This document shows, in pieces, positions 31,345-42,223 of a DNA stretch of 64,000 nucleotides. Source of the DNA: an uncultured Planctomycetota bacterium. GTDB taxonomy: Bacteria; Planctomycetota; Planctomycetia; Isosphaerales; Isosphaeraceae. The notes under the pieces are model-generated. The model did not search any database. It was given only the letters and a program-made list of their open reading frames with translations, and had not been told where the DNA came from. The position numbers and the translations under genes were made by a program. Position 1 is the first letter of the stretch. Each line of letters starts with the position of its first letter. The stretch is from positions 2,624,001-2,688,000 of the forward strand of contig CAWGMQ010000004.1 in the NCBI GenBank assembly GCA_963823665.1, read 5' to 3'.

Positions 31345-33367
31345 ATGCGGGGTCGGACATGGACTTGGGTCGCGGTTCGGAATTGCGCGATCACGGGGCT
31401 CTGGTGCCTGGGTGTGAGCGTGTGCGTGCTGCCGCGGGAGGCCCGGGCACAATGGGCCGCGTATGGGCGCAATGCCGCAGCACACTGCGCTTGCGGCGGG
31501 GCCGTCGCAGCTTCCGCTTGTCGTCCGATGGCAGACGCCGGTCGATCTTGATCCGCAGTATTCGGGGACTGATCTGCTGATCCATTACGGATCGCCGGCG
31601 ATCACGGCGGCCAACACCATCATCGTGCCGGTGAAGACCGGTGCGAACGGCGGGTTCTCGGTGAAGGGGATCAACGCCACGACGGGGGCGCTCATCTGGA
31701 CGATGACGACCGACTACGTGCTGCCCTCGCACAACTGGACACCTCCGATGGGACTTACGCTCACGCCCGGGGATGAATCGATCGTGGTTCCCGGGGCGGG
31801 CGGCACGATTCTGGTGCGGACCAAGCCGAACGTCACGCAGAACGCGAACCCGACCAGGCTGGCTTTCTACGGAGTCAAGTACTACAACCAGGACCCCGAG
31901 GCGTTCAACAGCGTGATCCAGATTTGCACACCAATTACGTCTGATAACTCGGGCAATGTGTACTTCGGCTACCTTTCGAGCGGGGGGGCACTGCCGGGCT
32001 ACCCGGGAGGCATTCCGAGCGGGCTGGCGCGGGTGGATTCGAGCGGCACGAGCGGAAGCTTTGTTGCGGCGAGTGCGCTGGCGGGCGACAACGGAATTCA
32101 AAAAATCGTCTACAACTGCGCTCCGGCCATCTCGACCGACGGATCGAAGGTGTACGTGGCGGTGAATCAAAGTAGTTATGGATATGGTTATCTGTGTATG
32201 GCTGATGCCGAGACTTTACAGCCGCAGCGGAGCGTGATGCTCCTGGACCCACGGAACGGGCAAGCGGCATCGGTGCCGGACGACGGCACAGCCGCGCCGA
32301 CGATCGGGACTGACGGTGACGTGTTTTACGGGGTGCTCGAGGTGAACTTCCCTTCGAACCACGCCCGCGGCTGGATGCTGCATTACAGCCCGACGCTCGC
32401 GACGACGAAGATACCCGGGGCGTTCGGATGGGACGATTCGGCGTCGGTGGTTCCGAGCGTGCTGGTGCCCTCGTACAAGGGGCATTCGACGTATCTGATC
32501 CTGACCAAGTACAACAACTACGCCGACGCAGGGATCGGGGGGAACGGGCTGAACAAGGTTGCGCTCCTGGACCCGAATGTGTCGATGGTGGACCCGATCA
32601 GCGGCGCGACGGTGATGAATGAGGTTTTGACGGTGCTGGGTCCGACCGCGAATACGGACTTACCGGGCGTGCGCGAATGGTGCATCAATTCGGCTGCGAT
32701 CGACGTGGCGAACAAGTGCGCGATCGTCAACAGCGAGGACGGGCATGTCTATCGCTGGTCGTTTACCACCAACACGCTGAGTGCGGGACTCTATCTAGCC
32801 CCGGCGACGGGCGAGGCTTACACCTCGACCTTGATCGGCCCGGATGGTGCGGTCTACGCCGTCAACGATGCGAAGCTGTTTTGCTGTGCCGCCAGTTTGA
32901 ATGGTCCGGCGCCGGCGGGGCCGGGCGTCACATCGGGGCCGACGGGGACGGGGTCGAACCCGTCGTCCGGGACGACGATCGCGCCTCTGCCCTCGGTGCC
33001 GACGATGCCAGCGCCGATTCCAACAACCACGACCGGCCAGACCACAACCGCGACGACGACAAGCCAGCCGCAGAGCGGCACTACCACTACCAAACCACCG
33101 ACTCCAAGCACGCCGGCTCCCGCGGCCTCGCCGCGGCCTGCCAAGCCGGGAAAGCCGAAGCCAAAGCCCAAACCGAAGCCGAAGCCCAAACCGAAGGCCA
33201 AGGCCACGGCGTCGATCGTCGATCCGCGGGGGAGCGGCCTGTCGGCCGTGGGAGACGGTCGGCTTGCTTCTGCGCGCGGGGGCGGCGGAGTTAGAATTGC
33301 CGGGAATGTCGGGCTGAAGCGCGCTACTTGGGATCGGCGACGCCGGGATTGTCAGGCTGGAGCCTGA
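31345..33367 (+). CDS. Secreted putative beta-propeller protein with Pro/Thr linker and KP repeat; frameshift near 31478
   Basis: Signal ending ARA-QW, YGRNA/QHTA, VRWQTPVD; tail PTTTTGQTTT..KPKPKPKPKPK. Confidence 0.7.
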
Positions 33368-33418
33368 CCTACTTGGGGTTGGAAATGCTGGGATTGTCAG
33401 GCTGAAGCCCGACCTACT
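33345..33418. repeat. Two GTAG-type REPs between convergent genes
   Basis: GGGATTGTCAGGCTG(G/A)AGCC(T/C)GACCTACT at 33345 and 33390. Confidence 0.85.
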
Positions 33419-35894
33419 TCGAATCCAGCAGCGGGGGCATTTTGTCGGCGGCTGCGCTCCACTTGGGGATCGATTCCTCGAGGCGCTGGCGGACCAATTC
33501 TGGCAGCTTTCGGTCTTTGTGAGGCGTGATGCGGTCGAGCCTGAGGGCTTCATTGGCCTCAGCGACGGCATCACGATACATGTTCAAGTCGGCACTGGCG
33601 TGCGCGAGCCGGGCGTGGAGCTCGGAATTGCAGGGGTTGAGCTCGGAGGCGATGCGGGTGGCGTGGACGATGATGCCGCGATATTCGGTCAACTCGAGGG
33701 GGCTCAAGCGGGGAGCAACTTCGCGAAGGATGTCGTGGACTCTGACGGCTCGTTCGTTGTGGATTGCCCAGGCTTTCGGGTTACGGGGAACGTGCGCGGC
33801 GTAGACGTACATGGCGGGGACTTTCTTCCAGCGCGAGTCTTCGAGTTTCGAGCCGTTCTTTCGCCACTGGAATTCATACAGGGCGGCCAGGCTGAGCCAC
33901 GGGCGGGCGCTGTAGCGGTCTTCGGTGGCTGCGGCGAGAAAGGCCTGCTCGGCAGCTTCGACGCTGGGTGGGATGCGGTGCATTGCGGCTTCGCCGCGCG
34001 CGACGGCTGCCTCGGATCGCCAGAACGGGGCGACCAGGCCAATGAAGGTTCCAAGCAAGGCTGACCAGGCGACGGCGAGCGCCAGGGAAGGCATGCGGCT
34101 CTCGTATTCGTGGAGGTAGCTGCACTTGCGGTCGTCCCGGAGGTTCTGGCCCAAGGCGACGATGGACCACAGGCCGAGGGCGACCGTGGGGATTCCGATG
34201 CCACCCATGGCGAGCAAGTTGACGACCATGGCGAGGGCACCGGCTGCCAGTGCGATTGTGGGAATGGGGAGCCGTTTCCAGAGCGGCAGGAGCAAGAGGG
34301 CGGCGGTGATCCAGGCTACTCCGAGGAGCTGCCACCGTGCGAATAGATCTCCTTGAAAGGGATCGAGCCAGCCGAAGAGCACGACGACGCCCCAGCCGGC
34401 GCCGGCGCAGAGCATGAGCCAGCCGGTGCGGGTAGGAGGGAGGTCGTCTGGATCTGGAGCTGGCGAAAGGTCGCGACCGAGGGCGCGGGCGCGGCGGCGC
34501 GCGCGACGGCTTGATCGATCGATTTCAGTGCCGACGGCGAGGGCGGGCGAGGGGGGGCCGAGGAAATTCCAGAATGCCCAGGCCAGTGCGGCGAGCAGGC
34601 AGAGGAGTGCGAGGAAGCCCGCGGTGGCCCAGACCTCGAGGAACATGTTGTGGGGATCGGCGATCTCTTCGCTCGCGGTGGGGAGCATGTGTTTCAAGTA
34701 GTGGCCGCCGAAGTTGCCGGGACCGACGCCCCACCAGAACGTGGGGTGAGAGAGTGGGTGAAAGAGCGCGCTGGCGAAGGAGTGCTCGCCGTCGGTGATC
34801 ACGCCCCAGGCGCCCTGCCAGAATTCCGCGCGGTAGCGGAGCGACTTGGAGGATTCAGTGAGGACCTGGAGATCGAGCCGCCTGGTGGCGAGACCGGCGA
34901 AGACCAGCGCGGCGACGACAAGCGCACCGGAGAGGCCTAGTCCAAGAAGCACGCGCCTGGGTACCTTGCGGTGCGCGCGGAGGGCGAGCAGGCACAAGCC
35001 GGCAGCAACGCCGAGATAGGCGCTGCGGCTCTTTCCCAGCATGAGACACACCAGCAAGGCCAGGAGGAGCGGGGAGGCCATGGCGAGTGCGGAAGCGCGC
35101 GAGCCCGGGGCATCTTTCCGCAGAAAGTTAAGAAGGCCGACGGCCAGGAGGATCACGGTTGGGCCTGAGATGAAGCCTGCGAGCGAGTTGGCGAGTGCGA
35201 ACGTCGACCAGGGCTCGGTCGACCCGAGGAGGCGATTTCGCAGCATCAACTCACCGCGCGTTCCGGGCGTGATGTTGAGCTGGTCCAGCATCTTCTTGGG
35301 ATTACGCTCGAACTCGGCCTGGAGCGCGGGGAGCTCGACCTTGTTCTGATAGAGACCGTAGGTGGAGACGGCGACGGCGGTGGCAACCAGTGCAGCGGCC
35401 AGGACGGAGGACTCATTGCGAGTTCGGGGCAAGTTGCGCAGCAGCAGATAGACGAAACCCAGAGCGACCCATTCCCAGGTGAGGTTGATGGCGGGCCGGC
35501 GATCAAGTGAGTGGGTGGCGCTTGCGGCGACGAAGCCGATCAAGGCGACGAGGAACGCATCGGTCGCCGAGAATCGGAAACGCAGGCGGCCGTTCAAGAG
35601 TGGGACCGCGAGCGCGATGCCGACCGTGACGAAGACAAGCAGGATCCAGACGAGGCCGTCGCCGGCCCCTTCCTTGAGGTTGGGCTCGCTGGGGAAGAAG
35701 GCGCGCGCGGTGATCAAGGCCGCGGTGAGGCCCAGTGCCACCCGCCTGAAGCGCTCGGCAAAGTAAGTGAGGGAATCGCCATCGGCGGGCGGGGACTCGT
35801 CGATCGGCCGACGCGCCGGCTCGGACCGAGGATCCGGGCGCCGCTGGGAAGCAGGCAGAGGAGGCGCCGGGAGTTTAGGGCCGCGTCGGGCCAT
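33414..35894 (-). CDS. O-antigen ligase (Wzy_C) family membrane protein with TPR-like C-terminus
   Basis: STFALANSLAG, KSRSAY, YR..W, GVGPGNF, DPHNMFLE. Confidence 0.88.
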   Translation of the reverse strand: MARRGPKLPAPPLPASQRRPDPRSEPARRPIDESPPADGDSLTYFAERFRRVALGLTAALITARAFFPSEPNLKEGAGDGLVWILLVFVTVGIALAVPLLNGRLRFRFSATDAFLVALIGFVAASATHSLDRRPAINLTWEWVALGFVYLLLRNLPRTRNESSVLAAALVATAVAVSTYGLYQNKVELPALQAEFERNPKKMLDQLNITPGTRGELMLRNRLLGSTEPWSTFALANSLAGFISGPTVILLAVGLLNFLRKDAPGSRASALAMASPLLLALLVCLMLGKSRSAYLGVAAGLCLLALRAHRKVPRRVLLGLGLSGALVVAALVFAGLATRRLDLQVLTESSKSLRYRAEFWQGAWGVITDGEHSFASALFHPLSHPTFWWGVGPGNFGGHYLKHMLPTASEEIADPHNMFLEVWATAGFLALLCLLAALAWAFWNFLGPPSPALAVGTEIDRSSRRARRRARALGRDLSPAPDPDDLPPTRTGWLMLCAGAGWGVVVLFGWLDPFQGDLFARWQLLGVAWITAALLLLPLWKRLPIPTIALAAGALAMVVNLLAMGGIGIPTVALGLWSIVALGQNLRDDRKCSYLHEYESRMPSLALAVAWSALLGTFIGLVAPFWRSEAAVARGEAAMHRIPPSVEAAEQAFLAAATEDRYSARPWLSLAALYEFQWRKNGSKLEDSRWKKVPAMYVYAAHVPRNPKAWAIHNERAVRVHDILREVAPRLSPLELTEYRGIIVHATRIASELNPCNSELHARLAHASADLNMYRDAVAEANEALRLDRITPHKDRKLPELVRQRLEESIPKWSAAADKMPPLLDSK

Positions 35895-36999
35895 TTCCCT
35901 CTTCCGTACGGTTCGCCGCCAGCTCGAGAATGGCCACGACCCCTAGCAGGCAACAGGTCTGGGCTGCGACGACACATGCACCCAGGCCGTCGAGCCGATG
36001 AAGCAAGAGTGCGCCGGCACCGCCGGCGAGGGTTACCAGATCAATCGTGCATACAGCCCAGGGAATCGTCAAGCCGCGTGCAACGAGTCGATGAGAGAAA
36101 TGGCGGCGATCGCCCTTGAATGGACTGCGGCCTTCGCTTATGCGGATGAGGATCACCGACGTCATGTCGTAAAGGGGGACGGCCATTACCAGGAGGGGTG
36201 CGAGCACGCCGTAGGGTGAGGCGCCTTCTCGAGTGTAGGTTCCGGCGACGGTCAGGGCGCCCAGGAGGAAACCAAGGAAGTTGCTGCCGGCATCTCCCAT
36301 GAAGAGCCGGGCGGGCCAGTGATTGTGAACGAGGAAGCCCGCCAAGGCGCCGGCGAGTACGAGCATGACGGCGGGCACGAACAGGCTGCTGACGGCGACC
36401 TGGGCGCCACAGAAGAGGATGGCGACGATCAGGCCGACGCTGGCGGCGAGGCCGTCCATGTTGTCGAGCATGTTGAATGAATTGGTGAGCCCGACCACCC
36501 AGAAGGTGGTGACCAAGCCGCCCAGCAGAGGATGGGTGAACGGTCCGAAGAGCGTGACTCGCACGCCGCCAGTGGCGAGGGCAGCGGCGCAGGCGAACTG
36601 GATGCCGAGACGTAGGCGCCAGTCCAGGGTCTTCCAGTCGTCCACGAGGCCCATGAGCATGATGACGGTAGCGAGTGCGAGGATCAGCCCGAGGGAGCCC
36701 GAACGGGACATCGCGCCGCTGGAATAACGGGCGAGTGCCTGGGGAAATCCCGCGGGTTCGGCGGTGCGCATGAGAAGGAGCCCGAGTCCCAGGATGAGGA
36801 CGGTGGTGAGCCAGATTGCCACGCCACCTCCCATTGGGGTCGGCGTGACGTGGCTCTTGTGCCCGCCGGGACGGTCGAGAAAGCCGATTCTGGGAGCAAG
36901 ATATCGGACCAGCCGGCAAAGGGCTGCGCACATGATGAACGCGACCAAGACGAGGCAGCTTGCGACGGCGGCCAGAACAGGGACCTCGTTTGCGCTCAT
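35875..36999 (-). CDS. MraY/WecA family (Glycos_transf_4) polyprenyl-phosphate HexNAc-1-P transferase
   Basis: TPMGGG, GLVDD, NSFNMLDNMDG, FMGDAGS, DRRHFSHRL. Confidence 0.92.
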   Translation of the reverse strand: MSANEVPVLAAVASCLVLVAFIMCAALCRLVRYLAPRIGFLDRPGGHKSHVTPTPMGGGVAIWLTTVLILGLGLLLMRTAEPAGFPQALARYSSGAMSRSGSLGLILALATVIMLMGLVDDWKTLDWRLRLGIQFACAAALATGGVRVTLFGPFTHPLLGGLVTTFWVVGLTNSFNMLDNMDGLAASVGLIVAILFCGAQVAVSSLFVPAVMLVLAGALAGFLVHNHWPARLFMGDAGSNFLGFLLGALTVAGTYTREGASPYGVLAPLLVMAVPLYDMTSVILIRISEGRSPFKGDRRHFSHRLVARGLTIPWAVCTIDLVTLAGGAGALLLHRLDGLGACVVAAQTCCLLGVVAILELAANRTEEGNGPTRP

Positions 37000-37055
37000 C
37001 GTCTGATCGGTTCCCGGCGAAGATCAGAGAAAGGGTGGGAGGGCGACAGGTCAGG

Positions 37056-37313
37056 TCAGGAGCCTGGTGGCGTCTTACCGTGGCGGGGAGGGGGGAACCA
37101 CCAGGCGTTGGTCAAGCAGGCGAGGAAGAGCACGATGAAGAGCACGAGCACGAGGGTGATGGTGAGCCACTCGAGCGGTCGGTCCGGCGGCCAGTGAGCA
37201 CTCGGGCCGCCCTGGACGACGACAAGGACCAGGAACGGCCCGCCGAAGGCCACGAGGCTCATGGCTCCGAGCAAGGCATAGGGCCCGAATGAAGAGCGAC
37301 GGATGCGTTTCAT
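37056..37313 (-). CDS. Small two-TM membrane protein
   Basis: ATGA overlap with the proS stop; two hydrophobic helices. Confidence 0.7.
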   Translation of the reverse strand: MKRIRRSSFGPYALLGAMSLVAFGGPFLVLVVVQGGPSAHWPPDRPLEWLTITLVLVLFIVLFLACLTNAWWFPPPRHGKTPPGS

Positions 37314-39085
37314 TTGGCTCTCGCAGCGGCGCGAGCCTCCTGGCGCTCCTGGCAGGATGCGTCGTGCCGCTGTCTGGCCGCGGCGATCTCGGCGACGATC
37401 GACTCGGCGGCGGAGGCCGCGGGAATCTGTCTGGCGGCGGATTCGGTCCGCCACTTGAGCTCGATCGTTCCGTCCCTCTGCCCGCGCTCACCGATCACGG
37501 CGCGGAGCGGAATGCCGATCAAGTCGGCATCCTTGAATTTCACGCCGGGACGTTGATCGCGGTCGTCGATCAAGACCTCGAGGCCGGCGGCGGAGAGCGA
37601 CTTCTCGAGCGCAAAGGCCTGGTCGAGCACGGCCGGGTTTTGCACCTGGAGGGGCACGATCACGACTTGATAAGGGGCGATCGAAAGGGGCCAGATGATG
37701 CCGTTCGAATCATGACCGCTTTCGACGGCGCCGGCCAGGATCCGGTTGATGCCGATGCCGTAGCAGCCCATGATCGCGTGGACCTCGATGCCCTTTTCGT
37801 CGAGGTAGGTTGCGCCCATCGACTTCGAATACTTGGTGCCGAGCTTGAAGACGTGGCCGACCTCGAGGCCTGCCTTGATCTCGAGAGGCTTGCCGCAGCG
37901 TGGGCAGGGATCACCGGACTCGGCGTTGCGAATGTCGACGACGCGCTCGAGCGGAAAGTCGCGGCCCGGGACCACGCCGGTCAAGTGCACATCGAGTGCA
38001 TTTCCTCCAACGACGACTGAGGGCATCTCGGAGACGGCCAAATCGATCCAGAGCGGAATCTTAATGGCGACGGGGCCGAGGAATCCCATGGGCGCGCCCG
38101 TGTTTTTCTCGATTGTCGGCGCGTCGGCCGGGGTCAGGACGGATGCACCGACCTGGCGGCGGAACTTGGGCTCGTTCAACTCGTGGTCACCGCGCACGAG
38201 GGCGGCAACGGGCTTGCCGTCGCCGAGATAAACGAGCAGCTTGGCGGAGGTTTTTTCCTGGGCACTCAAGAATTCGCAGACATCCTTGATCGTGCGCTTG
38301 CCGGGTGTGTGGACGCTCTTGTAAGGGGGGGCGGAAGAGGTTGCCGGCGGAGGGGGGGCTGTTGAGCGACCGACTTCGGCACGTTCCTGGTTGGCGCCGT
38401 AGCCGCAGCTTCCGCAATAGAGGACCTTGTCTTCACCGGTTGCGCAGGGAACCATGAATTCGTGGGATGAGTCGCCGCCGATCGGCCCGCTCTCGGCTTC
38501 AACGATCACATAGGACAGACCGCTCTTGTCGTAGATGCGGCAATACGCTTCGTACATCGCGTCGTAGCTCTGGTTCAACTGTTCGATGTCGGCGTCGATG
38601 CTGTATGCGTCTTTCATGATGAACTCGCGGGTGCGGACGATACCGAACCGGGGGCGAGGCTCATCGCGAAACTTGGTCTGGATCTGGTAGAGCGTGATCG
38701 GCAACTGCTTGTACGAGCGGAAGAGGTCACGAACCAGGTCGGTGATGACTTCTTCGTGTGTCGGCCCGAGCGCCATCTGGTGGCCGCCGCTCAAGGTGAG
38801 CTTCATGAGCAGGTCGCCGTAGGCTTCGAAACGCCCGGATTCTTTCCAGAGCTCGACCGGCTGAAGGGCGGGCATGAGCAGCTCGATCGCGCCGGCTGCA
38901 TCCATTTCTTCGCGCACGATCTGGGTGACCTTCTGCAGCACGCGGAGGCCCAGCGGCATGTAGGTGTAGGCACCTGCGCCCAACTGACGGATCATTCCCG
39001 CCCGGAGGAGCAGGATGTGGCTGGGCGCCACGGCGTCGGCCGGCGTTTCCTTGAGCGTCGGGATCAAAGCATGCGACCAGCGCAC
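37310..39085 (-). CDS. proS: Proline--tRNA ligase
   Basis: RBS AGGAGG then GTG; LGPTHEE, FRDEPRPRFG, REFIMKDAYS, editing domain, MGCYGIG. Confidence 0.97.
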   Translation of the reverse strand: MRWSHALIPTLKETPADAVAPSHILLLRAGMIRQLGAGAYTYMPLGLRVLQKVTQIVREEMDAAGAIELLMPALQPVELWKESGRFEAYGDLLMKLTLSGGHQMALGPTHEEVITDLVRDLFRSYKQLPITLYQIQTKFRDEPRPRFGIVRTREFIMKDAYSIDADIEQLNQSYDAMYEAYCRIYDKSGLSYVIVEAESGPIGGDSSHEFMVPCATGEDKVLYCGSCGYGANQERAEVGRSTAPPPPATSSAPPYKSVHTPGKRTIKDVCEFLSAQEKTSAKLLVYLGDGKPVAALVRGDHELNEPKFRRQVGASVLTPADAPTIEKNTGAPMGFLGPVAIKIPLWIDLAVSEMPSVVVGGNALDVHLTGVVPGRDFPLERVVDIRNAESGDPCPRCGKPLEIKAGLEVGHVFKLGTKYSKSMGATYLDEKGIEVHAIMGCYGIGINRILAGAVESGHDSNGIIWPLSIAPYQVVIVPLQVQNPAVLDQAFALEKSLSAAGLEVLIDDRDQRPGVKFKDADLIGIPLRAVIGERGQRDGTIELKWRTESAARQIPAASAAESIVAEIAAARQRHDASCQERQEARAAARAK

Positions 39086-39317
39086 GTGTGCGAGCCTCCT
39101 GGAAATACAGAACAATGGCGGGCGAAGCAGACGTACGCTTCGCACAGCGCTGCGCCGCGATGGGCAAAATCCCAACTCGGCGGGGCCGCAAGCCCGAAGA
39201 TCGGGGGACAGAGCCCCCTCCTACGGGGAGGACGGCGTTGCGCCGCGATGAGTAAGGATCCTAAGTTACCACATCCGGGACGGGAGGCCGAGTGCGATCC
39301 GGTTGAATCCAGCGGGC

Positions 39318-39369
39318 GGCACACGGAGTGTGCCTGCTACGCCGGAGCACTGGCGGAGCCAGTGCCACG
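39318..39369. repeat. Two adjacent REP-like hairpins
   Basis: GGCACACGGAGTGTGCCTGCTAC (also at 31189, partial at 41995) and CACTGGCGGAGCCAGTGCCAC. Confidence 0.75.
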
Positions 39370-39395
39370 TGCCAGCGACGTCAGCCGCGAGATCG

Positions 39396-40428
39396 TCACG
39401 CGCTGGGGGTAGGGGTGCGGGGCCCGGTGAGCGGCGTGCGGGCGAACGCGATCAGCCTGGGGAGATTCCGGACGAACGCGCGGAAGAGCCGTCTGAGCAC
39501 GATCCAGGCGAGGATCGCGCCGATCAAGTAGAGCGGAATCCAGATCGCCCAGCTTACAGCGAAGAGAACGATACCCTTGCCGAGGTCGACCAAGCTCGTC
39601 ATCGAGCTGTCCCAGGTTCTTGAAATCCGAGTGCCGAAGCTGGCGACGACGGGTGCGGCGGGGGCATACTTCTCGCGCTCGCGGACATTGATGGTGAGCG
39701 TGGCGAGGGACGAGAGATTCTCGAGCACACGGATCTTGCCTTCGAGCTGCTCGATTTCACCGCGGACGCGGCTCAACTCGATTTCGATCTTGAGCACGTC
39801 TTCCAGCTTGCCTGATCGTTCCTGGAGGATCTTGTTGAGCGTCTGTTCCTCGACCTTCTTGTTCTTGATCCGCGCCTCGATGTCGTAATACTGGTCGCTG
39901 ACATCCTGAGACGTGCGGTTGTTGCGCTCGAGCTCGCCCAAGGCAACGACGGAATCGACAAAGGAGTCAAATTGTTCGACCGGCACGCGAATTCGCCAGT
40001 GAATCGAGCGGAGCGACCCGGGGGAGCCGGTGACATTCTGTTCGGCGATATAGCCGTGGACGTCCTGGACGAGCGCCGTCATCTTTTTTGCGATCGGGTC
40101 TACACTTTCCACGACCAGATCGACCTGGGCGTCGTATATTATCTTACGTGCGATCGCCGGGCCGCGCGCGGTGGCCGCGGCTTCGGGCTGATTCCCGGAT
40201 CCAGGCCGGGGCGCGGCGGGGGCCGAGGCACCGGGCGGCGCAGGAGGCATCGGCGTAAGGCTCAGACGACACGCGGGCCTTGCTCGACTTCATTTGCGGC
40301 CTGCGATCGAAAAGCGGCACATCCGCCTTGGAAGCCGCACGTTCGTTTCTAGCTTCGGACATTGGTGACGAATCGCAGCCCGCGGTTGCCAGCAAAAGCA
40401 ACGTCGCCGAGAATTTGAAAAGATTCAT
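39396..40428 (-). CDS. DUF4349-like lipoprotein, frameshift near 40255
   Basis: Lipobox TAG-C; RKIIYDA, IRVP..FD, DVSDQYYD, EIEQLEG, C-terminal TM. Confidence 0.82.
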
Positions 40429-40871
40429 GGAGTACACGCCTCACCGGAACGAGCCTGGAGAGATGATGGCAGCCGCATGGAAAGGTCCGACAATCATTAT
40501 GACGAGCGAGGAGGTAGAATGCTTAGAGGTTTTTGAAGAGACTTACCATCGGGATGGGGTCTATTCGATCCGATCTTTCGTACGAGCGCTCCGATCCGCA
40601 CAGGCGTGACAAACGCGATCTCCGATCAGGAACGAACAGAGTTCATGACAAGAACTCGAATCGCGCAGAAGGTGAAAAAGCGGCTAATTTTGCGGGGACG
40701 TTAGACGACTGAATACAGCAGGGATCGCCGCCCCTCCGCGGGGACGGCGAGATGAACATTCGCGCGGAAGTCCATCCGGCAATCGGTCAACCGAGTTTCG
40801 GTCGAGGAATCAGGCTGGCGCGTCCCGGACGCGGGGGAGGGCCGGGGGCCTCGGCCACAGGGAGGTGTTCG

Positions 40872-41970
40872 GTGCAGCTTTGGGAAAACCGACAGGCGCG
40901 CCTGCTCAAGCGCGCTCGACGCCAGACCGATCTGACCGCCCTGGAGCAACTGGAATCGCGCGCGCTGCTGGCATTTTCTCCGCTTGGCTTCTCGCTACCG
41001 GACCTGACAATCACAGGGCAGGCCGGACCGCGGGCGGCGTGGGGGGGCGTGCTCAACGTGTCGGCGCTGTTGCAAAACATCGGGTCCAGCACGATCACGG
41101 AGCCTCTTTCGCAGGCGCCCTCGACCTCGGCGCCCACGCCGGGCTCGCCGTACGGCTCGACTAGCACCGCCGATGCGCCCGACACGACTGTCACGGTGCT
41201 CATGACCCGGAGCCCCAAGTCGATCAGAGGCGCGGTCACCCTGGGGACAATTCCGGCTCCTCCGGTTTCGCAGAACAGCGTGGAGCAGCTCGCTGACTTG
41301 TTCACGCTCCCAGCCCGGCCGGCGGGATTTCCCGGCGCCGGCGGGAAGTTCTACGTTTGGTTCCTGGCGAATTCATCGAACAGCACGCTGGAAGTAACGC
41401 GTGCCAATAACCTGAGCAAGCCGGTGGCGGTGCAGGTAACGAGCCAGCCGCTGCCCGAATTGCGGGCGATTGCGCTGGCGGTTCCCTCGAGCCTTTCGCC
41501 GGGGGACACCATCACCCCCGAGATCCAGATCGAGAACCTTGGCACGGCCGATCCTGACCTGCAAGGGCCGGTGACGGTCGACCTGGTGGCGTCGGTGACC
41601 AAGAGCTTCACTCTGGGGAGCTCGATTGTCGCGTCGTACACGGTCAACAGTGTGCCGGCGGTTTCGCAAGCGCCCACGCTCGGGAACTACAAGACGTTCG
41701 CCAAACTGATCATCAACCAGCCGGCGAACGTCGTGACCATACCGGGTACGGCAGTGACGCTGCCGACGAGTCCGGCGAGATACTACCTGGGCGTGGTTAT
41801 TGATCCAAATGGAACGATCAACCAACTGAGCCTGCCGAAGAACAACTTCGAGCTGATCCATGTGGTCGGCCCCGCGACCAAGCACTTGCCCGCGGCCGGT
41901 GTTGTGGAGCTCGGCGAATACCGGGCAGTTCCCGAATCCGCCGAGCGGCACGCCGATTGGGGTGTCGTGA
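40872..41970 (+). CDS. LEPR-XLL-type secreted protein with CARDB-like beta domains; +1 indel near 41906
   Basis: RBS GGGAGG then GTG; LEQLESRALLA; YYLGVVIDP. Confidence 0.7.
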
Positions 41971-42223
41971 GGCACGTTTCTACCACTCGCGGACGGCACA
42001 CGGAGTGTGCTGCTTCATCTGGGAGAAGGCCGCGGCGGGGCGAGCATGGCCCCGCCGTGGCTGCGCGCCGGGTTATTGGCAAAGAACGGATCACGTGATC
42101 GGCTTCTGAGCACCAGCGTGACTTGACCCCGGCGCCGAAGCGTTCATAGAATCGATCGCCGACCCCGGACGCCGTGCCCGGACCCCGGCCAGCCAATCTC
42201 GCTTGAACAAATCGAATTCCAGC

